Source: an uncultured archaeon (GTDB lineage: Archaea; Asgardarchaeota; Lokiarchaeia; Sigyniarchaeales; SOKP01). From it: a stretch of DNA of 64,000 nt. Below are positions 30,072 through 40,241 of the stretch, piece by piece. The stretch is from positions 648,242-712,241 of the forward strand of contig CAZALK010000001.1 in NCBI GenBank assembly GCA_964486045.1. Direction: 5' to 3'. The position numbers and the translations under genes were made by a program. Numbering within the stretch: position 1 is the stretch's first letter; each line of letters begins with the position of its first letter. The notes under the pieces are model-generated. The model saw only the letters and a program-made list of their open reading frames with translations, was not told the origin of the DNA and made no database searches.

Positions 30072-32126
30072 ATGATGAAAATCGCTAAAGAATTCTCTAA
30101 CTTCGATGTATTCGCAATTGTAAAAGAACTAGACGCGATCTTAATAAATGGTTCAATCTCTAATATTTACGAAGTTCAAGATTTGCTTATTTTAAAAATT
30201 AATACTAATTTTGGGAAAAAAAATTTAATTATTAAAAAAGATTCTCGGATTAATTTAACTGAATATGATTATCCTATCCCCGATTTTCCCAACCAGTACA
30301 TCAGGAGTTTAAGAAAGTTACTCAAAAATAGAAGAATACTTAATATCACGCAATATAAATTTGATAGAATAATAGTAATAGAATTAACCAACAGAGAGGG
30401 TGGGTCTGGGAAATTTATTGTTGAGTTGTTTAATAAGGGTAATTTCCTTCTTTTGGATCAAAATAACATTATAATTGTAGCAAAAAAATACCGGAAATAT
30501 AAGGACAGAAGTATTCTGCCTAAGAAGGAGTACCTTTTTCCTAAATCCAATCAAAATGACTTCTTTACTTTAAATAATGAAGATTTTAAAGCCTTTTTTG
30601 AAAATTCTGAAAATGAAATTGTGAGAGAAATATCAAGAAAATTAAAACTATCTGGATTATATAGTGAGGAGTTATGTTTTAGAGCAAATGTAAATAAAAA
30701 AGGCATCGGGAAAAATCTGAATGATGATGATTTCTCTAAATTATATGATTCATTTAAAAAAATAAGAAATGAAATGCTGTTTGGTTTAATTAAAGCCCAT
30801 ATTGTTTTTAATGAACAAGAAGACGAAATAGCTGTGTTACCATTCGAAATCGAGATTTTTAAAGATTACAAAAGGAAAGAATTTTCTTCTTTTAATGAAG
30901 CTGTTGATGAATTTTATTCAAAAATCGATTATGAATCAGTAAAAAGTCCAAAAGATAGAAAAATTGAACAGATGATTAAAAATCAACAAAAAATATTAAT
31001 AAATCAACAAGAATATCTTGAAGAACTTAAATTAAAAAAAAAAAAATCTTATGAATTAGGAGATTTTTTCTCTATGAATTTCAATAAATTTGAAAAGTTA
31101 ATTTCAGTGATATTAGGCGCGAGAAAAAAAGGATACTCGTGGAAAGAAATAAATTTTAAATTGATAAAAGCAAAGGATGAAAAGTTGAATGGTGCAGAAT
31201 TTTTTAATAAAGTCAATCCCTCTACGAACCAACTCTTAGTCAAAATAAAAAAAGATGATGTCTATCTAGATTTAAGAAAATCTATTGGTGAAAACACAAA
31301 TTTAATATATTCTAAAGGAAAAAAAGCTGAAAAGAAAATAAAAGGAACAATTTCAGCTATAAAGAAAACCGAGGACAAGGTCACCAATCTGAAACTCGAA
31401 AAGGAATCACTGGAAATGGGTATTGATTTCCTTGTTAAAAAGCCAAAGAAAAAATGGTATGAAAAATTCAGATGGTTTAACTCATCAGACGGGTTCCTTA
31501 TTATAGGGGGGAGAGATGCTGCTTCTAATGAAATAGTTTTCAAGAAATATTTGGATCCCTATGATTTAGTCTTCCATACTAACTTCCCTGGTTCACCCCT
31601 AGTAATTATTAAGAATTCCGAAGATAAAGAAATTCCACCAAATACTATTGAAGAAACATCAGAATTTGTTGCGAGTTTCTCCCGAGCTTGGAAAGAAAAT
31701 TGGGGTGTGGTTGATACTTTTTATGTAAATAGCAACCAGATTACGAGATCGCCACCCACGGGAGAATATTTGCAAAAAGGTTCATTTATTATTTCAGGGA
31801 AAAAGAATTTTATAAAGAATGTCAAAACTGAAATAACAATTGGTTTGGTTTTTGTTGAATTAGAAATGAGTTCAGATAGCCAAAATAAAGGTTATTTTCC
31901 AAAAGTTATTTCTGGGCCAGAAACGGCAATTAAAAAGTATACTAATAAAACTATTACAATAATACCAACCAAATCAAAAAGTTTTACAAAAGGAAAATTA
32001 GCAAAAGAAATAAAATCTACATTTATGAAAGATGTAGAAAAAGAATTAAAAAAATGGGTAGAATTATTATCCATTGATGAAATTCTGTTATTCCTCCCTA
32101 ATGGCTTGTCTATGATTAAAAAGTAA
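30072..32126 (+). CDS. rqcH: Ribosome quality-control factor RqcH/NEMF
   Basis: NFACT-N FDRI/ELF..GN, coiled coil, NFACT-R WYEKFRWF..GGRDA..NE, GEYL.KGSF.I.G. Confidence 0.94.
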   Translation: MMKIAKEFSNFDVFAIVKELDAILINGSISNIYEVQDLLILKINTNFGKKNLIIKKDSRINLTEYDYPIPDFPNQYIRSLRKLLKNRRILNITQYKFDRIIVIELTNREGGSGKFIVELFNKGNFLLLDQNNIIIVAKKYRKYKDRSILPKKEYLFPKSNQNDFFTLNNEDFKAFFENSENEIVREISRKLKLSGLYSEELCFRANVNKKGIGKNLNDDDFSKLYDSFKKIRNEMLFGLIKAHIVFNEQEDEIAVLPFEIEIFKDYKRKEFSSFNEAVDEFYSKIDYESVKSPKDRKIEQMIKNQQKILINQQEYLEELKLKKKKSYELGDFFSMNFNKFEKLISVILGARKKGYSWKEINFKLIKAKDEKLNGAEFFNKVNPSTNQLLVKIKKDDVYLDLRKSIGENTNLIYSKGKKAEKKIKGTISAIKKTEDKVTNLKLEKESLEMGIDFLVKKPKKKWYEKFRWFNSSDGFLIIGGRDAASNEIVFKKYLDPYDLVFHTNFPGSPLVIIKNSEDKEIPPNTIEETSEFVASFSRAWKENWGVVDTFYVNSNQITRSPPTGEYLQKGSFIISGKKNFIKNVKTEITIGLVFVELEMSSDSQNKGYFPKVISGPETAIKKYTNKTITIIPTKSKSFTKGKLAKEIKSTFMKDVEKELKKWVELLSIDEILLFLPNGLSMIKK

Positions 32127-32128
32127 TA

Positions 32129-32866
32129 TTACTTAGATTTAAGTTTAATTGTTTTAATATTTTTATAATCATCAAATAATATACCGTCTATTCCTTTAAT
32201 GATTAAGTACTTAATTCTACTTATAGGATCCTTATAATCCAGAAAATCCCAAGACAGAGCCATAATCTCGTTTAGATGACATTTTTCAATAAATTTCTGA
32301 GTTAATAAATTTGACCTTAAACTTATCATATCAAATTGGAAATTTTTTTTAATATCCAACCCCATGTTCAGAAATTCTGGTAGAGATAGACCTAATCCTT
32401 TTGTTATACTAAAACAGCATCTCATATTCGGAATCTTATTTTTAATCTTTAATAAATCATGTAAACGTCTTCCACTAATAATCGTATTTGTTAATAATTT
32501 TTTTTTCTTAATAATTTTAACAACATCATCAGTCAAACCTTCTTCTTTTAACTCAATCATAAAATTAACTTTCCCATTAAATTCATCTAAGACTTCAGTT
32601 AATAATGGGATAGTTTTTTGATTTACAACCGTCTTGAAAGTTTTAATTTCTTTATATGTGAAATCTTTTAGGAAACCTGATCCATTAGTAGTTCTATTTA
32701 GATTAGAATCATGGATTACTACTAATTTCCTATCTTTGGTTTTTCGAACATCAAACTCAATATAGTTTGCCCCATATTCTTTTGCTTTTTTAAAAGCCAA
32801 AATTGTATTCTCATCAAATTCTATCCTAGTTCCTCTGTGCCCTATGAATAGAAAGTTATAAATCAT
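32129..32866 (-). CDS. Glycerophosphodiester phosphodiesterase
   Basis: GHRG..ENT..AF, IEFDV, HD..L.RTT, IELK, GIDGI. Confidence 0.93.
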   Translation of the reverse strand: MIYNFLFIGHRGTRIEFDENTILAFKKAKEYGANYIEFDVRKTKDRKLVVIHDSNLNRTTNGSGFLKDFTYKEIKTFKTVVNQKTIPLLTEVLDEFNGKVNFMIELKEEGLTDDVVKIIKKKKLLTNTIISGRRLHDLLKIKNKIPNMRCCFSITKGLGLSLPEFLNMGLDIKKNFQFDMISLRSNLLTQKFIEKCHLNEIMALSWDFLDYKDPISRIKYLIIKGIDGILFDDYKNIKTIKLKSK

Positions 32867-32878
32867 TTTATTAATCGG

Positions 32879-33295
32879 TTATTTCTCTTGGACTAGATAT
32901 AAATAAATTAGAATTAATAGAAGCCCGATCAAAGTAAAAGTAAAAACAATATAATTCAATAAGGTCTGTCCTAAAGAAAGGGTGAAAAGTAACAGGATTT
33001 CTTTCCAATCTAATGGGTTTCCTGTCATTTCTTTATAATTTCCCATGCTTATCATCATAAATAAGAAAAATAGGAGGATTACTATGACTTTTACTAAAAT
33101 ATTTATGATATCAAAGATGAGATTTATTCCTGCAAAAATCAAAATTATTTCAATATTAAATAAGAGTGAAATTACATAAAAGATTAAACTCAGTGCAGTA
33201 GAAATCACTACTGTTCTATAGGCAAATTTATCCTCAGAAATTCTTCTTGTTTTTGGTTTTTGGTCTTTAGTTTGAACTTTTGGGACTTTTGACAT
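32879..33295 (-). CDS. Membrane protein
   Basis: 3-4 TM segments, coupled to the upstream gene. Confidence 0.7.
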   Translation of the reverse strand: MSKVPKVQTKDQKPKTRRISEDKFAYRTVVISTALSLIFYVISLLFNIEIILIFAGINLIFDIINILVKVIVILLFFLFMMISMGNYKEMTGNPLDWKEILLLFTLSLGQTLLNYIVFTFTLIGLLLILIYLYLVQEK

Positions 33296-33296
33296 A

Positions 33297-34097
33297 TTAA
33301 ACTCTTAATCTCTCCATTTTTTCTTTTAATTTGAAAATTTTGTAAATGTAATAACCAGAGAGAATTCCAACAATACTAAAAACAATTATTATTAAAATCA
33401 TAAGGATTACATCAACCAATAATTGCTCTTCTACTAAAGGTTCAAAAATATTAATAAGAACTATTTCACTTTTAATAATCCCATCTGGATACGATGGTAT
33501 TTTTCCATAAGTTATGTTAAATGCATAACTATTTTCATATTCTAATACCGCATCTTCCTCATATCCGTTAGTCATAGACTGTTTAATCGGGATCGTAAAC
33601 TCATAAACCGAAACTTTTCCATCCAATTTCCCTGCTCCTTCACCATGATAATTTGTGTCGTTTAAAAAAATACTATTATTAATAAAATAATCTAGATAAA
33701 CGAATTCATCAGTTTGTATATTAGAAAATTGAACTATTTTCGCATCGATAAAATCTCCTTGATTTTCTGATGAACTATTGGAAATTAAAAGCCCAATAAA
33801 CTCAGTTGAGTTGTGAGAACTTAATTCTAAATCAACCTGAACAGAGATAAAAAGCTTAGAGCTATCTTGCATAACCCACAAATCAATCGGTAAATCTGTT
33901 AAATTGACCTGAGTTTTAAAAGCATTTTTCCATTCATTCATAGAATCATCGATCTCTCCATCTATAATAGGAGCTTCTCCAAATTCAGCATTAATTTCCT
34001 CAGCTGCACCATAACTATTGATTATAAATAAAGATGAAACTACAAAAAGATTAACTATTGTAATCCAGCTTAATATGACATAACTTATTTTCTTCAA
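33297..34097 (-). CDS. Cell-surface protein with CBM9/DOMON-like domain and C-terminal anchor
   Basis: Signal-like N-terminus, P.IDG....EW, YEF.IP, many NxS/T sequons, C-terminal TM plus basic tail. Confidence 0.65.
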   Translation of the reverse strand: MKKISYVILSWITIVNLFVVSSLFIINSYGAAEEINAEFGEAPIIDGEIDDSMNEWKNAFKTQVNLTDLPIDLWVMQDSSKLFISVQVDLELSSHNSTEFIGLLISNSSSENQGDFIDAKIVQFSNIQTDEFVYLDYFINNSIFLNDTNYHGEGAGKLDGKVSVYEFTIPIKQSMTNGYEEDAVLEYENSYAFNITYGKIPSYPDGIIKSEIVLINIFEPLVEEQLLVDVILMILIIIVFSIVGILSGYYIYKIFKLKEKMERLRV

Positions 34098-34254
34098 ACT
34101 AAATAATTGTTGCTTGTTTTGTTTTGTTAATTATTAAAATTGATAATTAAAATTGAATTTAATATTTTTCCCTACTTTTTTCAATAAGAAGTCAATTTTT
34201 AACAAGTGTATAAATGATAAAATGGAAAAAATTATGAATTTGTATATCCCTTAA

Positions 34255-34704
34255 TTATTTTAAATATTTAGGAAGGAAAACAACGCAGTTGAACTTATTC
34301 AAATATACAATAACATAATTAACCAACCGTTTAATTTTTCGTTTAGCTTCAGATAAATTCTTGTTACTATATTCAGCAAAGCCTTTTGGCCCTATGGCGA
34401 CTAGAACACCACTCAAATCTTTTTCTCTTTTAATAAAAAACCAAAATGGCATTTTTTTTTCATTATCTTTAATGACTATAAGCATCCAAGGATTTAATGT
34501 CCAATCGGTTTTATCTGGGCTTAAAACCTTTTCTATCGCCTTTTTGGTAAGAAACTTTTTCGTCATCTTTATTGATTTTAGGAGAGCATTAAAAAAGCTT
34601 CTCTTTATTTTTAAATATCCCCCAAAATAAACTTTCGCATCAAATAATTCAAGTTCTTTATCTGTTCCATCTGAAAACTTTAAAAAAACCTTCCAAAGAC
34701 TCAT
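34255..34704 (-). CDS. Basic hypothetical protein
   Basis: 149-aa ORF with a 4-bp ATGA overlap to the upstream gene. Confidence 0.7.
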   Translation of the reverse strand: MSLWKVFLKFSDGTDKELELFDAKVYFGGYLKIKRSFFNALLKSIKMTKKFLTKKAIEKVLSPDKTDWTLNPWMLIVIKDNEKKMPFWFFIKREKDLSGVLVAIGPKGFAEYSNKNLSEAKRKIKRLVNYVIVYLNKFNCVVFLPKYLK

Positions 34705-35147
34705 GATTTAGAAACTTTTCCATTATGTAATCCAATTTCTTCTATTTCTACTTTTTTAAATATATTTTTTATTTTTTCAAGTGAAGTTTTTAAATCTTTA
34801 CTTCTTTTTTCAGAAAGGCTTAAATTTAGATAACACTCATACAGCAACTGTCTCTCAATTTTTAAAAATCCGGATGTATGAATAACTTGAAATTTTTGAA
34901 GTAATTTTGAGATCTCTTTTATTATTTTGTTTGATAGCTTTAAACTGCACAGACTAACTTTAATAATTTTTTCTTTATTTATAGGATAAATTGCTAACTT
35001 GATCGAATTTTCAATGGACGATTGAACAATAAGGAGATATCCACAATCATATAAATTTTTAAACGACACTATCGGAATTTTTAAACATGCATAAGTAAAT
35101 TCATTTATCTGTTGAATAAAAGCATTTGTTATGTTTGAATTTTCCAT
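34701..35147 (-). CDS. Hypothetical protein, possible ACT-like C-terminal domain
   Basis: Beta-alpha-beta-beta-alpha-beta-like pattern around HTSGF..YECYL. Confidence 0.6.
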   Translation of the reverse strand: MENSNITNAFIQQINEFTYACLKIPIVSFKNLYDCGYLLIVQSSIENSIKLAIYPINKEKIIKVSLCSLKLSNKIIKEISKLLQKFQVIHTSGFLKIERQLLYECYLNLSLSEKRSKDLKTSLEKIKNIFKKVEIEEIGLHNGKVSKS

Positions 35148-35194
35148 TTTATATTAAACTGATATTTTTGATATTTTATTATTTTAATCGTTTT

Positions 35195-35521
35195 TTACGA
35201 GAGGCTGTTTTCTCTTAAAGATTTAATTGTCCCAGAAGTCTTTACTGGGGATATAATTAACCTTTTTCCATTTATTTCCTGTATAAGTGTTAAAGCGGTT
35301 ATGATAATTTCTTTTGTTTCGTGAGAGCATCGAATAATCCCGCAATTTTCATCAGGATTGAGTTCTACTAGCCATAATCCAATTTTATTCGCACCTTTCA
35401 TTCCAAAATATCGCCATATAGAATGCCATATAGATTTCAAAATAATGTTTTGATCTAGAAATAAGTCTCTTTCTTTAATTATTTTAAAATTTATATATCT
35501 CGATCTTTCATTTTTTACCAA
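35195..35521 (-). CDS. rnp2: RNase P protein Pop5/Rpp14
   Basis: R.RYI.F, FG..G, GIIRC, TSGTIKS. Adjacent to rnp3. Confidence 0.92.
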   Translation of the reverse strand: MVKNERSRYINFKIIKERDLFLDQNIILKSIWHSIWRYFGMKGANKIGLWLVELNPDENCGIIRCSHETKEIIITALTLIQEINGKRLIISPVKTSGTIKSLRENSLS

Positions 35522-35536
35522 TTTAAATCCCTTTTT

Positions 35537-36244
35537 TTATACTAATTTTACTCCCGGTTCAATTATTTTATCATTTTGATCTTCGGTTTTTTCTACTAAG
35601 ATTTTAGGATTTGTAATGTATGCTTTTTTTACTAGATTCGTGGGAATTCCTAATAACGAATTACATATACTTAATTGTGATCTAGGATGTCTAAAATCAA
35701 ATAAATCAATAAAATTTCCACTTATTATCAAATTTGCCTTTAATTTTAAGGCTAATTGCGTGAATTTGAATAAGTTTCTAAAATTTTTTGATTGTACTGC
35801 TTTATTTCTAACCATAATTGGTGCTAACGAAAATTCAATAAAAGAATTATTCTGTTTTGTGAGTGAGATCACTCCTGGAGTGATTGTTTTAATAATTTCG
35901 GGATTAGAAAAGGAAACAATATCAACTCTTGAATCTTTAGCGGATTGTAATTGGACTGCTCTATTCAGAGATTCTATGGAAAGAATATCTGTAAAGTTAC
36001 TGTAACTCTTAATCTTTGCTCTAAAATCCTCAATTTTATTTAATCTTAGATTTATTCTAAAGTAAATATTAATTTTAGATTCCTCCCGCACTCTTTTCCT
36101 AAAATCTGAAGGAATTATTTCTACACCATTCTTAGGCTCTAAGATAATGTTCTTTATGCCAAGTTTCTCACAAATATTTAATTTTTTCTCAATTTCGTTA
36201 AAATCATTTATATTTACTGGAATTCTTGATTCAAAGTATGTCAA
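35537..36244 (-). CDS. rnp3: RNase P protein Rpp30
   Basis: RVDIV, IEFSL.P, R.PR....LG, NP and C-terminal GV. Good GGAGG RBS. Confidence 0.85.
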   Translation of the reverse strand: MTYFESRIPVNINDFNEIEKKLNICEKLGIKNIILEPKNGVEIIPSDFRKRVREESKINIYFRINLRLNKIEDFRAKIKSYSNFTDILSIESLNRAVQLQSAKDSRVDIVSFSNPEIIKTITPGVISLTKQNNSFIEFSLAPIMVRNKAVQSKNFRNLFKFTQLALKLKANLIISGNFIDLFDFRHPRSQLSICNSLLGIPTNLVKKAYITNPKILVEKTEDQNDKIIEPGVKLV

Positions 36245-36488
36245 AAATGTTATAATCCCTCCAAGACAGCATTGTGTTAATTATTTAGTGTTTTTTGAGA
36301 ATAATTTTTTTTTTAGTAATAACTAATTATTCAAAATGTTAATTCCTTAAAAATAAGGGCTTTCCTTATCAAAAAAAGAGACTTTTTAAGGTAAAATTGA
36401 AAAGGACATCTTTATTCACTAATCTTTTAAAAATAATTGAATAAAATCAGTTATAATGGTTAAATAGTTAAATATCAGTATAAGATAT

Positions 36489-36932
36489 ATGTCAGAATTT
36501 AAATTACCTAAATTTGATCAAATTGGGATAGTAGTGAGGGATATTGATAAAACCGTTGAATTTCTCGGCACTATCCTTGATTTTAAAGTTGGGTTGAAAA
36601 TAATTGAACAAATTACAAAGGCAGTTTACAAAGGAAAGGAAGTCTCTTTTAAATTGAAAAAAATCATGCAAAAATTTGATGGAAAACAGATAGAAATTGT
36701 TGAAGTGTTGGAATCTTCAGGAAATCATGTATATTTAGAATATCTTAATGAAGGAAAACAAGGTTTACATCACCTAGGTATATTTACTAAGGATGTAAAA
36801 CCATTATTGAAATATTATAAAAATCAATTAGGTATTGATGTTATCCAAACCGGAAAAGCTGGAAAAGTTAATTTTTATTATTTGAACACTGTGGATATTT
36901 TAGGGTTTTACCTAGAATTAATCGCTTTTTAA
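36489..36932 (+). CDS. VOC family protein (methylmalonyl-CoA epimerase/glyoxalase-like)
   Basis: QIGIVV.D, IEIV, GLHHLG, G..LELI. Confidence 0.88.
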   Translation: MSEFKLPKFDQIGIVVRDIDKTVEFLGTILDFKVGLKIIEQITKAVYKGKEVSFKLKKIMQKFDGKQIEIVEVLESSGNHVYLEYLNEGKQGLHHLGIFTKDVKPLLKYYKNQLGIDVIQTGKAGKVNFYYLNTVDILGFYLELIAF

Positions 36933-36997
36933 TGGAGATCTAATATCTGTCATTTGCGTGTCATAAAGTTTATTTTCAATTTGAAATTTGGTTATGT

Positions 36998-38731
36998 ATG
37001 TCTAATCAATTATTAAACGGTGGCGATTTAACTGTTAAATGTCTATTAGAAGAAGGGATTTCAAAAATTTTTGGCATAGTTGGCGGTGAATTATTAAGAA
37101 TTTACGATGCTATTGAAAGATGGGGACGAGAACAAGGTATTGAAACAGTTATGGTAAGACATGAACAAGCAGGAGGACACATGGCAGACGCGTGGGCTAG
37201 GGCAACAGGTGAAATAGGTGTCTGCTTAGGGACTGTTGGGCCGGGAGTCACTCACCTTGTTCCGGCTGTAGCTACTGCCAATGCGGATTCTATTCCATTG
37301 TTAGTGATTGGAGCACAGATTGGTAGAATGTTTGAAGATACAGGAATTCTACAAGGAGGGATAGACCAAATTGCTTTAATGAAACCTATAACTAAGGCAC
37401 AAATTCAAATAGAAGAACCAAGTGAAATTCCAAGAGCGCTTCAAAAAGCAGTCAGAATTGCATTATCTGGAAGAAGAGGTCCAGTTTACGTTGATTTTAG
37501 GGAAACTGCTCTAGTGAGAGAAGCTTCTGAGAGGGATATTTCACATATTTTAAACCCTGAAAAATATAGAGCTTTTAGAAGACCGAATGGATCTCTTGAA
37601 GATATCAAAGTTGCTGTAAAGATTTTAGAAAATGCCAAAAAACCACTAATTGTCGCCGGTGGAGGTGTAATTGCATCAGAGGCTTCAAAAGAATTAAAAA
37701 CCTTATCAAAAACTTATTTAATTCCAACTGGGACCACAATTAACGGAATTGGATCAATCGGCAGTGATTTAAACACCTTCTTAGACTCCTATTTAATTAA
37801 TGATTCATATCGAACAGCTGCTTCAGAAGCGGATGTAGTTTTATCATTGGGTTGTAAATGGGATTATTCACTATTTTATGGTGCACCACCTCTTTGGAGT
37901 CAAGATCAAAGAATAATTCAAGTTGATATTGATCCAAAAGAAATTGGTAAGAATAGACCAATATCAGTGGGTATTATCGGAGATTGTAAAGCAGTAATTA
38001 ACCAATTGTTACTTGAAATGGAGAAAAATCTTACAAAAAACAAATTAACTGAATGGTCGGAATGGAATTATTATTTGCAAGAAATTAGAAGAAATCAATT
38101 ATCAAACAATCTTAAGATATTAGAGTTTAAGAAGTTACCAATGAAACCCGAAAGACTTGTTTATGAGGTTTTTGATTTCATTCCCAAGGATACACAAATA
38201 GTACTCGATGGTGGTGATATAGTTGTCTTTTCCTATAAATTTATAAACCATAAACCAAGGTCCCCAAGATCAACATTTTTCCCAATTACAATGGGCCATT
38301 TAGGCGTTGGAATACCATATTCAATTGGGGTAAAAATGGCTAAACCAAATAAGTTAGTTGTCTGTTTAACTGGAGATGGAAGTTTTATGTTTAACATTCA
38401 AGAATTAGAAACTGCCCTAAGATTAAACTTACCGATAATTGTAATTATAGCCAATAATTGCGCTTGGGGTATGATAAAGAGCACACAAAAAAACAGCTTT
38501 AGAAAAAGATATTGTGATGTTGATTTTCCTCCCATTAATTATTCAGAAATAGCAAAAGGTTTTGGATGTTACGCTGAAAAAATTGAAAAACCAGAAGAAA
38601 TAAAGAAAGCTATACAACGAGCGATTGACTCTAAAAAACCTGCAGTCATTGATGTTGATATTGCATTTGAGACACCCACCCCAATGCGATTTTTGGCTCA
38701 ATATAAGAAAAATAAGGGACTTTTTGGTTAA
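36998..38731 (+). CDS. Thiamine-diphosphate enzyme (acetolactate synthase/2-hydroxyacyl-CoA lyase-like)
   Basis: RHEQ, GPG.T, GPV and GDGSF..NN ThDP motif. Confidence 0.92.
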   Translation: MSNQLLNGGDLTVKCLLEEGISKIFGIVGGELLRIYDAIERWGREQGIETVMVRHEQAGGHMADAWARATGEIGVCLGTVGPGVTHLVPAVATANADSIPLLVIGAQIGRMFEDTGILQGGIDQIALMKPITKAQIQIEEPSEIPRALQKAVRIALSGRRGPVYVDFRETALVREASERDISHILNPEKYRAFRRPNGSLEDIKVAVKILENAKKPLIVAGGGVIASEASKELKTLSKTYLIPTGTTINGIGSIGSDLNTFLDSYLINDSYRTAASEADVVLSLGCKWDYSLFYGAPPLWSQDQRIIQVDIDPKEIGKNRPISVGIIGDCKAVINQLLLEMEKNLTKNKLTEWSEWNYYLQEIRRNQLSNNLKILEFKKLPMKPERLVYEVFDFIPKDTQIVLDGGDIVVFSYKFINHKPRSPRSTFFPITMGHLGVGIPYSIGVKMAKPNKLVVCLTGDGSFMFNIQELETALRLNLPIIVIIANNCAWGMIKSTQKNSFRKRYCDVDFPPINYSEIAKGFGCYAEKIEKPEEIKKAIQRAIDSKKPAVIDVDIAFETPTPMRFLAQYKKNKGLFG

Positions 38732-38757
38732 TAATAATCGTAATAAATTATTTTGGT

Positions 38758-39567
38758 GTGATTAAAAAAATGATTGAAAATTTTTTTTTAAAAGGAAAAA
38801 TAGCTTTAGTCACAGGAGCAGGTAGCGGATTTGGGCGTGAAATGGCAATAAATTTTGCAAAGAAAGGTGCTAATTTAGTTTTAAATGATATTCATTTAGA
38901 AACTATAAAAGAAACTCGTGACTTAATCCTAAACTCATATGATGTTGAAGTAATGTTAGCGGAAGCAGATATTTCTGATGAAGAACAGGTTAATATCATG
39001 AGTAGAAATGTTTTTCAACGATTTGATAATGTTTTTTTACTAGTTAATAATGCCGGAATAAGAGGGGGTTCGTCATCTTTAAAAACTAAGATTAAAGACT
39101 ACAATATGGTCATGAACATAAATGTTAAAGGTGCGTGGAATGTAACAAAAGCATTCTATAAAAAAATGAGAAGACAGAAATTCAGCCCATTAGCAGGAAA
39201 AATCATAAATATAACCTCGTGTGCGGGTACAGAATGCGGATTGAATCCCTTTATTGGTATTTATAGTGTGAGTAAAGCTGCGCTTATAGCGTTTACAAAG
39301 CTTTGGGCTCTTGAATTAGGCTCAAGTAATATTTCTGTTAACGCAATTTGCCCTGGGATTTTTCTTACACCAGTATACAATAATGATCCAAACTTCATTA
39401 GGGAATGGATAAAATTGAGAAATTTGAAAATTCCTATAGATCAAATTGGAGAAGCCAGGCAAGTTGCTGATGTAGCACTATTCTTAGCCTCACCCGCTTC
39501 AGATTATATTACAGGTCAAAATATTATAATTGATGGTGGGATGACTATATCAATAAATAAACTATAG
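38758..39567 (+). CDS. SDR family oxidoreductase
   Basis: TGAGSGFG, NNAG, YSVSK, ITGQ..IDGG. Confidence 0.94.
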   Translation: MIKKMIENFFLKGKIALVTGAGSGFGREMAINFAKKGANLVLNDIHLETIKETRDLILNSYDVEVMLAEADISDEEQVNIMSRNVFQRFDNVFLLVNNAGIRGGSSSLKTKIKDYNMVMNINVKGAWNVTKAFYKKMRRQKFSPLAGKIINITSCAGTECGLNPFIGIYSVSKAALIAFTKLWALELGSSNISVNAICPGIFLTPVYNNDPNFIREWIKLRNLKIPIDQIGEARQVADVALFLASPASDYITGQNIIIDGGMTISINKL

Positions 39568-39587
39568 ATTAATAAGGAAAAAAAAGT

Positions 39588-40187
39588 TTATTTTCCACGA
39601 CCTTTATTTGCTCGGATGCTAGGCCGTGTTTTTTCAGATCCCCATCCTCTTTTATGTAACCCTCTCGCTCTCTTTCCAGCTGAAGTTAAACCCCTGGTAG
39701 CTCTTTTTTTATGTTGAGGTTCGGTGATCCAATTTATTTTAGGGTCTGACTTAATCACTGGATGAGATGGATCAACTAAGATGACTTCATAATACCAATG
39801 TCTTCCATCAGAGTATATTTTATAACTATTAAGAACTTCCATATTTGGATACTTTCTCTGAGCTCTCTCCTCAGCAATCCATTGTAAGTTTTTACCTGTA
39901 GTATATTTTGAAACCCCCATCGCTCTTGGTTTTCTTCCCCTCTTAGGACGAACTTTATGCATTCCCCCTTTTCTAATCCTAGCTCTTATAATGACATATC
40001 CTTGCTTAGCTTTATATCCTAATTCTCTTGCACGATAAATTTTAGTTGGTCTTTCGACTCTTTGAATTGATTTACCCTTCCGATATTCAATACCGCGATA
40101 CCAATGTGGTGTTTTATACCCTTTATCGTGTTTCTCAAAAGTTTCTTTCACATAGCTATATCCAGACTTCAAACTATTAGGGCACAT
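39588..40187 (-). CDS. rpl15e: 50S ribosomal protein L15e
   Basis: RARELGYKAKQG, AEERA..KYPN.EVLNSY, RGLTSAG. Confidence 0.98.
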   Translation of the reverse strand: MCPNSLKSGYSYVKETFEKHDKGYKTPHWYRGIEYRKGKSIQRVERPTKIYRARELGYKAKQGYVIIRARIRKGGMHKVRPKRGRKPRAMGVSKYTTGKNLQWIAEERAQRKYPNMEVLNSYKIYSDGRHWYYEVILVDPSHPVIKSDPKINWITEPQHKKRATRGLTSAGKRARGLHKRGWGSEKTRPSIRANKGRGK

Positions 40188-40241
40188 CCGTAAATTAATA
40201 TTATTTAAAAATATGCATATTATATTATTTTTATGGTTATT

